DNA from: Phoronis australis
Taxonomy: Eukaryota > Animalia > Phoronida
Reading direction: 5' to 3'
NCBI GenBank assembly: GCA_002633005.1
Contig: NMRA01000001.1
Location: 3,824,102-3,888,101, forward strand
Length of the DNA stretch: 64,000 nt
Shown here: positions 36,384 through 50,898 of the stretch, piece by piece
Position numbering within the stretch: position 1 is the stretch's first letter
Layout of the letters: each line of letters opens with the position of its first letter
Translations under genes and position numbers: made by a program
The notes under the pieces: model-generated
Databases searched by the model: none
Told to the model about the DNA's origin: nothing
What the model saw: only the letters and a program-made list of their open reading frames with translations

Positions 36384-36736
36384 TCCTGAGTGAAAGTCCA
36401 GCCGTCGAACTCGTGACAAAGGATTGTTTGTGTCAAGGACCCCAACTTTTGACGTTTGTCCGACGGCTAGGGATATTTCTGTTTTCTTGGAATAAGTTGC
36501 AATTGGGGAATTCCTCAGTCAAATAAGGTAATAACGCCACTTCACCACTTGCATGAAAATTGATTTAAGAAAACCCGTATAGAATTTTCCGATTTTTCAT
36601 CAGCTGTAGCAATTACATTAACCAATCACAGAGCCGGATTTAAGTTGATGCGTGCCTTTTATTTACAAATGGCGGCAATTTGAATATATCTTGCTCCTGA
36701 TCTATTTTTAAGCTCTGTTTATGGACTAAGAGTACG
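36384..36736. promoter_or_regulatory. Putative bidirectional promoter of RNASET2 (-) and HYLS1 (+), including the HYLS1 non-coding first exon
   Basis: Minus-strand donor (cttac 36367-36371) and plus-strand donor (gtaagt at 36737) face outward 365 nt apart; CCAAT box accaatca at ~36621; YY1-like aaatggcggc at ~36667. Confidence 0.65.
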
Positions 36737-36997
36737 GTAAGTAACTTTTGTTGCTGAGTGTTTGTTCGAGTCGGAAGGAATTAAAGACATCGGCAGTCTC
36801 CTAAGGCGTCCCTCCCTTTGTAGTGAACCAGTGCGCAAAAGATAATTATAACAACGTGATTTTGCTGTTTTATTAATCACTAAATCAGTGAGATCCATCA
36901 TACGCCAAAAAAATTCCGGCGTATGAATGAAGGTCCTGTAGAAGGATCACCGTCTCTTAGGACCAGCTAGAGACGGTGGTCACTGTCTAGGACTGGG

Positions 36998-37100
36998 CTA
37001 GCCAGCTAGCTGTAGCCTATGTAGACTATCGTCAAAATACAGCTAGGAACCACTGTGTGTAAAGCTCAAATATACCTCAAAATTTCACACAGCCCGGGTA
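36998..37100. repeat. ~100-bp dispersed repeat, copy 2 (inverted relative to 3199-3299)
   Basis: tacagctaggaaccactgtgtgt and flanks match the reverse complement of 3199-3299. Confidence 0.7.
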
Positions 37101-39248
37101 TAGTTCTAGGGACGTGGCAAAAAAATTCAACTACTTATTTCATATTTAAAAATACATAGATTTAAAAGAACATCAATAACAGACTCAAACTAAAAAAATC
37201 AGCAAAATCCATTAAGCTGTTGACTTTTTATGAACGTTTAAAGAGCGATAATTAGCCCTTTATTTTAGTCCACTGAATACGTGTAAGTAAAGGCACATTT
37301 ATGTGACCCAAAATTAGTTTTTCACAATAACTTTCTTGAATGAAAAAATCAAAAAAAACACTACTGTCATATGGAATTGGCAAACTGTGGGTTTGTTTCA
37401 TTAAAAAACGGTAAAACGTGGAAATATTGTGAAGAAAACCTAGCCAAAAATCTCACTTTAAACATCAAATAATTCGGGTTTTGAGCCAATCAAATCTCTA
37501 GGGTTTGGTCACGTGACCAAAATTCGCCGGCCAAAAATTACCTATACTAACTTATTACTAAGCCTTACAAAGTCATAGATATCCAACAAATAGAAATGAA
37601 AATGTATGGAACGTCACCCAAGTTGATCAATTCCGCTATTAATTTACATAAACTAGTCAATGTACCTATTTTAAGAGCAATTGTTAACCATAAACTGCCA
37701 TGCTGACACTGATCAGTTATGGCTGGTCGGCGAGAATGCCTGCCTCGGCCTGGGTCTTAACTTTCACGGATTTAGCACATCATGATACGGTAAATTGAAT
37801 GAAATGAAATTGGGTGAGCAGTTGCAAGAGATATAAAAAAGAGAATGAAGAGCTCGTTTTATAAGAATAAATGGCTTACCTTTCAAAATACAAGCAGCCA
37901 AACAGGAGCGAAAATTTTCCCAACTTCTCACCTGTCACACGCTTTAACAAAAATGAAAACTCAACAAAAAAGACGTATGCCCAGAAGAATTTACGGTCTA
38001 TGTCATCAATAATGTGGTTCCCTGTTTCCTTGGTTTCTGGAGGAGACAGAGTGAAAATATTACAGCCACCATGAAACAATGGCTGTCTAATGGATAATTG
38101 CCATTACGCAACATCTGGGAAAAGCCAATCAGCAGTGAGATAAGACTTTGTCACGTTGCTAGTATAGTTCTGCTAGTCACCTTGTCATGGAACTTATATC
38201 AGCATGTAGAGCTAACGACCGTCCAGGGTCGGAGGGTGTATGCAAAATCTGGAAATAAACGGACACTCAACTTGCCCATTGTAGCCGTTTGAAAAACGAT
38301 TGAATAAATGTCATTATCTTTCATAATTTCCTGCTTTTTTGTAGTAAAGAAAAGTCAATTGGCATTTTGGAAACACTACGCTCATAACATGCGCACGTGC
38401 CATTTCCTATTTTTGCAAAATCTCTTGGAAGACGATGACAGCTTCACAACAGCAAAGTTTGTTCTGAAATTCGATTTGCTAGTACTAAAATACTAAAAGT
38501 TGTTCTATATGAAACCAGTTCTGATAATTTTGCACGTAATCTGACTGGTGTAAAAAGAACAGTTGATTGAACAATAATTCAGTTTACAGTGTTGTTTTTA
38601 ATGACACTAATTTTGTGTCCCTGTTTTGGCCATTTTTTTACCCACGTCAGTACAAAGCTGTATATTTAGTACACAACTTTGCACCAAGGCTAAGCCTATA
38701 CATTAGGTGTGAAGTAGGAATTACTGTGAGTACCAATACATCACTATGTAAAATCACTGAGTCTGATGAGGTTATCGCTGTAATTGGCTGCTGCTTGCCT
38801 TCAATTGGAATCGTTCATTGGCTGATCCCCAACTGAAGGTCAAGCTGCAGCCAGTGTTGTGCGTCATTTATTGGTGAGATATTGTGAACCTTGCCAGACT
38901 TCCTGCGGTTCTATGTAGCAATGAAATGGCATACGCTGTACTTCCACCTTCACTTATGGTGTATATCTTGGAGGGAGGTATGTTCTGAAGATCGAAATAA
39001 GCTCCAGACCCGTAGACTTGACAAGACCAATTTTTGGTCTTCTCTTTAATTTTCCTATATTTTAAAGTAAACAAAGCAGCATTGCAGAACTCTAAACAAT
39101 CTTGTCCTGTCAATACAACAATTAAAATTCTGCATTCTGAAAAATGTGAAAACTACTTCTTTCTGTAAAATCTGTACTCGAGTATAAATCAGTGCAAGAG
39201 GTTATATTTTTACAGTTCATTTCCAGGTGTGTTGAGATTTAGTGAATA

Positions 39249-42200
39249 ATGATGGAGTTCTCTGAAGGTGAAATTCGAGAAGAACTCGCCAAGTTGGGTT
39301 ACTATAACATACCCCATCACCGCCTGCAAGAGTTCAAACAAGGTTTGTAATCATTTCACTTTCATAAAATCTGTCTTTTTATGGACTATTTGCTTTTAAG
39401 AAAGATGCTCATTAACAAATGAGATAATATGGTCACGTAAAATTCCAATTTCATTGAATATTATAATGAAAAAATATTGAATTTCAATTGAGCATGTTCA
39501 TTATTATTCCTTCTTGGACATTTTTATGATCCACAAAGCTTTCAGGATTGTTCACTCGCGTAGATTTTTAATGTCTTAAAGTGTCATTAAACGTACAATC
39601 TATTGAAGAAACTAAGATTTTGATTTATACAATTGATCTCGACTTGTTCTTTACTCAGAGGACAAGTGATTTTTGGCCTTGCAAAGAACTGACAGTTTGT
39701 TAGTGCTGGAGTTATCAGTTCTGTCAAAATCCAGAAGTAACACTTATTTAAACTACCAATGGGAAGTGGTGGAAACAAATTTTTTCTGTTAAGGAAAATG
39801 TCTTTGTAGCTGCTTTTAAGAGTTTTCTTGACTGTATTTAACAAAACAACCATTGATAGAATAATGAGCACGGATTAGTCCACTTATGATAATTCTAATG
39901 ATTCATACAACCGGATGATTTGAATTAAATTTTACTGTGCTTATGGTGTGTGATAGGTCTACAATTTTATTAAGATTCTAAAAGTCTGTTCATGTACTAA
40001 AGTCTTCAAATAATTTATAGTGTGTGTGCCTACCAAAAGAATAATGCGTACTGTTTATTGAATAGGAATTAACAGAAGAATTATTGCAATTCAGTAGGAC
40101 TTGGTCAGTTTGGAAGATATTTTTTCATATTTTGTAAATCCCAACAAAATTTTATGCATTTTATGCTCTTTGTCACAACATCTAATTTTCAGTATGAAGA
40201 GAAATTGAAGATAGCAATGTATTTGGCAACTGAATTGACTACACCTGACTATTTGACTATTTCAGATTTGTCCACTTTGATTGAAGAAGAAAAAAGTAGG
40301 AGTGGCATCGGAGATAGTCACTCTTCAGGTCTAACATCGCATGGTGAGTGTTAGTATCCACAACTGTATAATGGTCGTTTCTTCTTGTTGTGACAAATTT
40401 CATTAAACACTTGAGTGTTTTTATTTCGGACTTTCTTGGGTTCATTTCTTTCAAACTCTCTGTAGAACAGCTGATGTTCAGGGGGTCAGAGTATATTACA
40501 GTTCACCAATCGTTGCCATTGACGCCTATAAAACATCACATAATTTTAAGCTATATTCTGTTAAATTCTGGATCTTCAAATAACATCATTCATTATCAAG
40601 GTGGCATTTGAAATGCTTAAAGCGTGTGGCATACATAATGCAGCAACCCATGAGGCAATTGTATAATGTAAGTGGTTCATGTAACAATACATAGGGAGAC
40701 CTCAGGTGATGTTCATGTTGTTTTATTGGCGTTGATGGATATGATTGGTGAACTGCGCTATACTGTGCCTCTTGAGTATTAGGTGTTCTATAGAGACTTT
40801 GAAAGAAAAAACTGAAGAGAGTCCACAACGAAAGCAGTCAAATGGTTAATGAAGGCTGTCAGTGAGACAGACTGCTATCTGGTTATATGAGTTTTTCATT
40901 GTTGTATGACTTGCTTTATTGTTATTACTCTTGAGCTGTTAGAAAAACATATTTTATGTAGTCTATGTCAACTAATTATTCAGCATAAATATACATGTTT
41001 TTAATATTATTTGCTGTTATTATGATTATTATCACTATATTATTATTATTATTATTATTATTGTTATATTAATATATTATTATTACTATATTGTTATTGT
41101 AATATTATCATTATAATATTACTATAGTATTATTATTATTATCATTATTATCATTATTATTATTTACACTAATTTCTTATAAACGGAATACTCCACTGAC
41201 AAGTGTGATGAATTGAATTCTACTCTTTTACAGTTGATGACAGCTATTTTAGCAACACTTTCCAGAGGAATTCTCATTTGAATGTAAGTGTTTCGGCACT
41301 GTGGTCCATGTAAAGATAAATCATTGTTATGGTAGTTTTACTTACTCTGGATATTCAATGTATACATCTTTTAATTCAAATTGTGTTTACACATTATCAT
41401 ATTCAACTTGTTGTCAAACACCCTTTTGTGAAAACTACAATGTGTTTGTTACAGTTTTGTGTGATTTTTGACAGGTTGATATTCATTCAAAGTCACATTT
41501 CTCAGTTTTAAATCAAGTCTATTAAACTATTTTTACATTTTTTTGCAAAAGCTGTTGACAAAAACAGGCCAAAATAAGAGTCATAAGTGTGGATGTTAAG
41601 GCCCTGTTTGTACGTTTTTTTCACAATAAAATAATGTGACGTCTATTTTCCAGAGATACTCCCCTGCTTACGATAAAGAAAACAGATTCAAACCTTACCG
41701 AGATCTCGGAGAAGCTAACTTCAACAACAGTTCTTTTGTACCACGTTCCGACTCGTTTTATTCGAGGTTTGTGTTATGGACATTGTTTGAAATGTTGCTG
41801 GTATTTTATGCAATCATTGTTTATTGTGTAGATTTGCATTTTAACATCCAGCTTGAATTTTACATTGAGAGTGGCTTTGTTAACATGTCTGTGCCTGTAG
41901 CGGAGTATCTACACAATTAATGAGCTTAATTCTAAGTACGGTGAAAATCGCACCATTTTCAGACAAAGATAATTGCAAAAATTGCCCTTTCTTCATTTTA
42001 TGTTCTTGTAATGTTGTTGTGAAGTGTTCTCAATTTCTCAAAACTTGTCTGGAAACAGCTATGATTCAAAATTTGTGGATGGAAAGGCAGTTAATTTCAA
42101 TTGATGGTACATGTTTCATGGAAAAAATGAGAACTGAAATTAAATGCCACATTTTATCCATCTTGTGTCCTAAATTGGTGTACCTAAAAACTATGTATCT

Positions 42201-45200
42201 TCTGAGAGCTGAGAACTTGTTCAATTTCATTCTAGACTTCATACCAGTGTGTTATTGGACAGGTCACCAGACCATGACTAGCCTTATTGTTTATATACAA
42301 GAGAACGGTACATTCATACCAAACTACCTGTAACAATTATGACCAACTTTCTTTAGATACAAACATTCAAAATGAAATCTCAAAGGGCTGTCACAGTTTT
42401 CTAAATTAGCCTTTTTGTTTTTAGTCTTATGAAATCATGTAAATCACAATTTTTAATATCAGCTCATCCAAAAATTAAACAACAAAACAGTTTTATTTGT
42501 AACAGCATTTTTAGAAAACAGATGAGTGTATAAATCGTAGTTCTAAAATTTTATTCGAATTAGCTCAGGTACCTCCGAAGGATACTCATAACTGTAAAGC
42601 TGCAGACAGTGCCAGAAAACCATTGTTTTAGTTCATGTTTTGTGTAGAACCCTTAAGTTTGTTTTGGGTTTTTAGTGGTGTGATAACGCCTAGCACTGCT
42701 GAGCAGAATTCATTGATTGCTTCAAGGAGACAATGCACCACAACTGGATTTCACCGAGTTTGAAATTTATGACTTTGGTTTGACATAATTAGTGCTGAAA
42801 GGGACTTTAAATACTTTTCAATTCAAAACATTACTCCTGAAGTATTCAAGTGTCTATAAGCACTGTATGGACCATACTGTCACCATTTTAAGTACTCCCT
42901 TAACAGCACTACATACTAAAGTCCTAATTATTTTGCCCAAAATGAGAAAGAAAAACATGGATTTTTACCATAATTGCTGATTCAAGACACTTATTTATTT
43001 CATCTATATGAAAAGGTTGAGAATAAAATCATACTCTACAATCATAGTCATACAGTCTAGTATATACTACAGAGACTGAGCTAAATAAACTTGACAGGCC
43101 AACCCATAATTTTTTGTTAATTTTCTTCTCGCAGAGATTACCAGCGAAGACCTCTTGATGACCAGCCACGGCCTTTTCTTCGACGAGCATGGGAGGAAAA
43201 AGATAGGTCACCTGCTGATGAGTCTGTGGTCTCCAATACTTCATCAGCCAGTGGCCGAAGGGTGATCAAAAGGAAGGTTTTAAGGTATGGATTGCTATGA
43301 AATCCTGGTGGTGTTGATAATCTTTGTGTTATTCGAATTGGTGACCTAGCTTTGGTATTTGCAGTGTAAAAGGATAAAAACTGGATACCGAACAATGTTT
43401 TGAAAAAACAGCATGTTGTTTCCTGTTGTTACTGGTCTAAACTGAATTAACAATGTGTTACGGTTGTTGTCAAAGTACATCTGTAAAAATAGTTTCTGAG
43501 ATAAGTATCACTGCACTGCACTAAGATCAGCTCAGATGAGGAAAGCAGAGAGGGATAAGAAATTTGAGTGTGGTGGGGTGGAATGAGAGTTTGCATGACA
43601 CTTTAGTTTTAAGTGGGAAGTTCAAAACAATATGACNGGTAGAGTACAACATGAATGTTTCTATATTGGGCAAATATCAAGGTCCTGCTTCTAATTAGGT
43701 CTAAACCTAATATTATTGACATTTAGTTTTCTCACTCCCGATGTAAAGTCACAGACTGTTTCTTTGTTAGTTTTTTATTTTGTGACAGAGTCATGTCACA
43801 AGTTTATTGTTTAGCAATCTTCATGGTTAACTGTTTAGTGTAATGTAAAGTGACACGATCTCTATTTTTCATTGGGATGCTGGAAAAATTGAGATGTTTC
43901 AGTTATGAAAATAGCCACCACAGACTTTTTCATCGTTGATATTGATTTTTCATAATTAATATACGATTGTGAAAGGCCTCTACTTGTAAAATGATTGCTT
44001 TATATTGCAGAAAGCAAGATGGCATGTCCAGGGTTTTTGATGAGTCTGTAACCACAGAGAGTGATCCAGGTATGTGTTCAGTTTACTCAATGTACACTTG
44101 ACCGTGAACATTCGATTGAAAACTTCATATAAGCACCCAGTGCTTCACTAACAACCCACCCCAACTTAGTAAATGTTTAGCTGGATATCTCAAACCTTAT
44201 TCACAAAAATTGTCCGTTTTTATATTTCACATATGTCTAGCAAAGTACCTTGTCTTCATTTTCGGGGAACTTAAGATATGAAATAAATATACCGTGTAGC
44301 GATGTGCATGGTGTCTGGCAAATAAGAAACACAGCACGTTGTGAAAAAAGAAAAATCCTCACCAAAATTCATTCATTTCACCAGTAATCTGTCCGTTTAG
44401 TTGTTTGGATCTCATGCTCACAAAGCGCTTTAACCACAGATACTTGGCATGTGTTGTGTACTAGTACTGTTGACTGGTCTAGAGGTTTAAACTCCTCCCC
44501 TAACCAAATTTCATTTGATGTATGTCAACCGACTGTCACAAAATTAGTGATAATTAAGTTAATTACACACTACCAGTTAAGCTGCCATTATGAGTGAATG
44601 TTCAAATAGCTTACAAGGTAATAGCATGTATAGATTATAGTGACCAAAGTTTTCACTGAATGATTAATCGTAAACCTTCAGATTTTCACAACTTGTAAAG
44701 TTTCCGGCTTTTTTTCAGCTTTGGCAAATCGATTCGATTTGAATTTAGGAACACAAGTTCTCGAAAACAAATTTGCGAATTTCACTGAAACTTTTTAATT
44801 TTAATATGTGTTCACAATTCTCAAAAATGCTGTTAGGATTTTCCTTTTAAATGCCTAGTTTTTGCATACCGTAATATTAACGAACATCAGTGAGTGCTAT
44901 TTATTGCAAAAGTACCTTACATTTTTCGAGTTACAAAACCAAATGAGTAATCGAAAATTCCTAACAGCATTTTTAAGGTAAATTATGAAGTTTTCATTTA
45001 AAAAGGGTTTCATTAAAATCGACCTAGGGGATATTTGGCTATGAATGTACCTTTCTTGAAAATGAAATTTTGAGTTAACAAAGTTGCTAACGAAATAAAA
45101 ACATTGGCACATAAGTAAAAAACATGTTTTCACAATCTCTGATCTTTTTTCTTTCATAAAATACATAGTACATTTATTGGTTGACATTGCCTGGTTTTTT

Positions 45201-48200
45201 GATGTGAGAGTTAGAGTGGATGTCACTAAAAGGGTTTGAGATAATGTTAAGAACCCACTGTTTGGATAAGCGTCTGCCCCCAACTTAGTCCCTTTGTTTG
45301 GCTAAGTGCCCATCCCAACTTAGAAAATGAATATCTTTAAGCCCCCAGTACTCTGCGAAGCCCCCATCTGTGTTTGCTTCATTGATTATTTTCAAAAGGA
45401 TAAAACCATGAAATGATAAAACCGTGCTTTCAAATGTGAAAGCAATTTTAACTGGATGCTTTTTAGTTTTTTTTGTGATGTTGAACTGCAAATTTCTGTG
45501 ATTTTGCCTATTAGATTATGTGTAATTTAAAAGCCCAATGAATGAGGTCATCGCATGCATCAGTAAAAGAAAGATCTCTTGTGGGCTGTTATTGGTTGGA
45601 CTCAAGCCATTTTGGTAAAATGAAGCTTTCAAAAGAGCCCCCAGTATGTATGAACCTGCTGTTCGAAAAAATCAAATTATGTAAATCTGAAGGTTGTTTT
45701 AAAAACTTGATTTGATTATTTGAAGTTTACTTTGGAATTTTCTATTGTCATTCTGCTGAAAACTATTTCCGTAAGCTGAGAACAATGTGTTGAAGTTTGA
45801 CGGAATTGTTTCTTTCCAATGGTGCATTAAAAAGCATCGGTCTATCTTATGCTCTGTGCTGTGTTGTTAGATGATTCCAATCTGACACGGTTACAGACTA
45901 ACGGGTGGGAAATCTTCAAAAACAGGTGAGCATGACATAACAGTTTTGCAAATGGCTGTCATTTCAGATGATTTAGGCGTCAGCCGTCTATCTGACAGAC
46001 TGCATCGTGTAAGGGTTGATAATGAAGACACGGACACTGAGAGTGTGATCAGTCAACAATCATCAAACAGGCCTCGTCAGTACTTCAGATCGGTAAGCTC
46101 TCTCTTTCTATTTGGTAACCATAGGCATCTCTAAACTTGGCTTCTCAGTAGGCATGTGATGTAAATTTGTGTGAGAAGTTTTTTCTCTCCCCTTTCACTA
46201 CCATCCATCCTGGTCGCTACCATTTTCACACACCCCGCAATTGCCACCAAATTTGAACCCTTGGTTGCCACCAACATCATCTCTAGTCGCCACCAATCCA
46301 CTCGTGGGTGATTTAGCTGTTGACGCAGATTCTCAAATTCCTTCCTTTGCTTTTTCATTAGATGCTGTACTGCCTGAATTTTTTGTTTTGGTCGAAGTTT
46401 CAATAATTTTTGCCTGAACCTGGTGGTCAATTTCCTTTCACAATACCGGCCCAATATGCCGTTTGGTAATAATAATAACTAGAAGTTGTCAAAACACGAC
46501 TATTTCTTCAAAATAGATTTTTGAGTTTCATTTTCACCATCCAAGTGTAAATACCAATGAAAATTTTTGGCAACTGTTATACGCTGTTACCTTCTTCAGT
46601 GATGGTAATGGTCTGATATAACGTGCCCGAATTTTGAGAACCAGTTTTCTCCACTGAATGACGGACATCGAACTGGTTCTCAAAATACGGGCACTTTCTA
46701 TCAGACTGTTGCCTTCAATGATTGGTAGATGGCACTGTACACAGTGTGTTGTTGAAGGGGGTTCAACACAGTTGTTTTACAACATCATTTAATTTAAAAA
46801 ACATTTCAATGATACTCTTTAATTCAAATAACAGATTATTTGATTTAGAAACTGTTGCATTTATGACATTAAATAATAGCGCGTAATGTCACATTCACAA
46901 TGATGCCTAGCTAGCTTGCTAGCTGTGTGTGACTGAATGTCAGAACACAACTGCTGACCAATCTGAGTTAAAGTTTGTAAATTTAAGCAATGCTTGCGTT
47001 TTCAGTTTGCCATAAATCTATTTACATTCCTCTCACAACAAAACTTACAAAAAATCTTGCACATCCAACATTCAAATGACTGCTTTGTCCATTGCGGCGG
47101 TTTAAAAGACAAAATCTGATGAACATCGTTTTCTTACATGATTCTCCCACTTTGTAACTAAAAAGTCAGATGTCGATTTCAAAACGGTACACTCCTGACA
47201 CGTTCACTTGCCATATTCTTAATTTTTGGTTTTCGACGATGACATCTTTTGGGAGATGATGATGACAGCTTCGCCCAATCAAAATTTCCTGAGAATTTCG
47301 GTTCGCTGGTAGTGCTCAAAACTACTAACAAAGAGCAACCACTTAATTTTGAACTATGCAAAAACTTGTGAAAAAAGAACAGTGGATTGATGAAACGGCG
47401 AAAACAGAGATTGGCCAACAGGTGGCGCTCAGTTTCTTGGGGGCTTGAAGTTGATGCGTGTGATTGCTGCACAAACATAACTGTAGAATAACGGACCAGT
47501 GGCATTCTTATTGCTACCTATGGTAACCAAGTTGAATTAATCAAGGAAGGGTGTAGTCTTTAATGACATTGACTTTGTGCAAGACTTTGTTTTGTTCACT
47601 TTTTACAGAGATTAAATGACGCCGTACTAAACAGGCAAACTCAAGTGTAGACAGTAGGTGTGACTGAATTCAAATGGAAAATTAAATTAAGAGAGAAGAA
47701 ACTTCTCTCTTAATTCGCGTCAACTAAACTTATTTCACAATCCCAATGACTAAAAAAAATAATTGCAGGTGGTCTGATACACGTTGTACCGGACGTGCGC
47801 AGGCCATGCTTGTGGGCCCGCTGCACTGATCACCTGGAACCATTTTTATGTTTTATTAATATATAGTTAAAACCGAGCTGAGGAGCTAGAAACCTGACTC
47901 AGGGGTTTAGCAGTGTGGCTCGGTGGGATTTGAACCCACGACCTCAAGTAAAGAAAGCAGGCACCTATCACATTAGGCCATGTTGCCTCCTCATCCCAAC
48001 GACTAACTGCCACCTAGTAAAGTGCAACAGACTCGATTTTGAGATTGTTGCGCTTTTGAGATGATCAAATCACATGTTCATGTGACTAAATCAGGGACCA
48101 TTTAATGTTTTTTTCTAATTTTGTAAAAAACACGAGGGCATCGCCATAAAACTTAAGAGAAAAAGTAAACAATAACTTTATGTAGAAGCAGAAACGCTAA

Positions 48201-50830
48201 AATTTTACTCGAAATCTAGAAAAAATGTCTGCTAATGCTAACCTAAGTGAATCAGTAAACTGGGATATTGAATTTTAGCTGTTAATACATAATACAGACA
48301 TCGTGCAACAAAATTAATCAATTTTCAAAATGATTTAAATAATTAATTAAATTCGGTGTGAAGTTTCAGTAACCCATGAAAATTTTACATTAAAACCACT
48401 TTGATCCTGCTTCAAAGTTTTTTTGTGTTATCTACAAATCATGATTCTCGATCAATAATACTTGCTTTACTCCAGTCTGTTACTGCCATACATGGTTATG
48501 TTTAAATGTGTAATCCGTTCTTGCTTAGTTCGCTCAATGAAGTATTCTTATTGGCCCCAGACTGTATTCCACAGAAAAAGTGAGACCAAGTGAGTCTTTG
48601 TGAGAAATATCAGTGCATTGAAAAAATGAAACTGTATTCTCTTCTAGCTTTACTTGCTAGTGCTTTGGGTCTGCGGTCCGTGACACTAATTGAAAATTGG
48701 TTTTCTTTTGCCTCAGTTATGAGAAAAAAAGACAGTTGTTATATGCATTGTTATTACTTAGAAAGATTTTTTGAGAATGACAAAATTGGTGCAGATCAAT
48801 ACACGTTCTGTAGCTGCTTAACTGATTGTCATGCACTCAGTGCAACTATGGTTTTGTTCTCTGTAATTTGTATCTAGGCAACGGTCATTATTCAAAAAGA
48901 TTTATTGTTTATGCGATAGTACTATTGATTGATATTCTTTTTTAATCGGATTAAAAGGTTTAGTTGATACGTCTGTGATGTCAAGCAGTTTGTTTTCTGT
49001 TCAATGTGATGTTGTAGAGGAATGTGAAAAAATGTCATTAGTGTTGAAAAGTGACGTACAGAATATCGTATGCTCTATTTTTTGATAAATTTTTAAAGTT
49101 ATTTCGTCATTCAGGTTGATGTTAATACGAGAAAATTGAAACATTAGCCATCTTTTCTAATTTTGAGGAAACAGTACACATGTTACAAGTTTCTGTTATA
49201 AAAGTTTGCTCACAATGTCTCACCTGCTGTATTCACCTCATAGCTTGCATCTATTACGTCAGCTGATGGAAAATGTTTGGCTACATCTATTTACCTGTAG
49301 AAACTGGGTTCTTAGAGTAAACAATTGTTACGTGTGAAAAGACCATTGTTAGGCGCATGCACTGTGCATACACATTTGCTCTCTTGGACATTTCTTTGCA
49401 GACAATTGCTTGCCCAAATATTTACCCAGTTCATCGATTCTCTTTTGAATGCAGGATTGCTCTTGCCTGATATCACCATGACAAACATGTTTGCTTTTCT
49501 ATCTATTTTGTGATGTTTACTGTGGTTTTGCATCAGCCTCACTATGGAACGTGGTCTTTATTCCTTGATGAGTAAAAGTGGATGAGAGCACTTGTATTGG
49601 CCATCTGTTGGCTGTAAGACACGCCTGTTGCCATAATCCACTTGCAGGTGCTTGATGTTGGCAGTAGATGCCTATGATATTCAGAAATAACTATGTACAT
49701 TGAGACTGTCGGAGTGACTCTGAGATCAGACATAGTTCGTACTGACTGAGAATGAGCGCCAGCAGTAGTTTTATAGGGTCGTCTGAATCCGGTAGTAGCG
49801 TGAGAAGTTCTCTTGATTCTACTTCATCTTTGCAGAGTGCCCCAACCAGCCATGAAGATGCCAATAAAAAATCAGGTATGTGCCCAGCAACAATGCATCG
49901 TTTGGTGTTCAGTTGGGATTTTTATGTGCTAGTGCTGGATTTTTTCTCACGAACTATTCACAATGTATCACTAACGTTCATGTGCGTACATTTATATTTG
50001 CAATATTTTTTTTTTGTTGAGCGCTAAAACTGTTACATTTGAGTTTGTTGTTATAGTGAACGGTTTTCTTTTCCTGCTTGCTTAAAGTCATTTATGACCA
50101 TTTTCAATATTTTGTGATGTCTTGAAAAGTTCATGTGTTATTCTTGCAAAAAAGTCCAATTTTATAATAGAATTTTCTGTATTCCTGGTCCGTAGTAACT
50201 CACTGTTTTTAGTTCTTCAAGCTTTTTGAAGTGCATAGCATACTGCTCTTCAGCATGGATTTGATAGTCACAGTCTGTTTGTGGTTCAGCCTCCATGCAC
50301 ATTATTTAACATGTTGGACATCTTGACAGTCTTATAATATTGGTTTAATATTGGCAAAAACTTGTACGAAAAATCTTCTGGAACGCTTCTATTTTTTCTG
50401 TATAGTATGATTTTTATTAATCTTCTGTTATCTCATGCTCGGTAATAAACTACAAATTTTGTACACAATTTCTTTCACTGCTTCTTTTATTTACAAAAGT
50501 TGTTCAGTTGATTGTTTTTACCAAACAAATGTCCAGCGACTACTTTACGCCAATGTCATTTGTTTATCTTTTACTTTACTTGCTTTCATGGTTAGTCTTG
50601 CTTATTTATTTTCTGTTTTATTTTCAAAGTTTTATTGCCCCGCGCTACTGAATAGATCTCAACATTCTAACTGTTATTGTATGTAATAATGATGATGATG
50701 TTAACAGTAATGATAATAATAGTAATGATATATATGAATAATTGTTACTATTACTATCATTACTATTATCATTACTAATAGTAATGATAATAACAGTGCC
50801 GATTATTCATGTATATCATTACTATTATTA

Positions 50831-50866
<36 letters not shown>

Positions 50867-50867
50867 C

Positions 50868-50898
<31 letters not shown>

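Noticed and set aside
47609-47660. Extra HYLS1 exon after ttttacag
   Set aside because: In-frame TAG and no convincing donor; the gene model is in phase without it.
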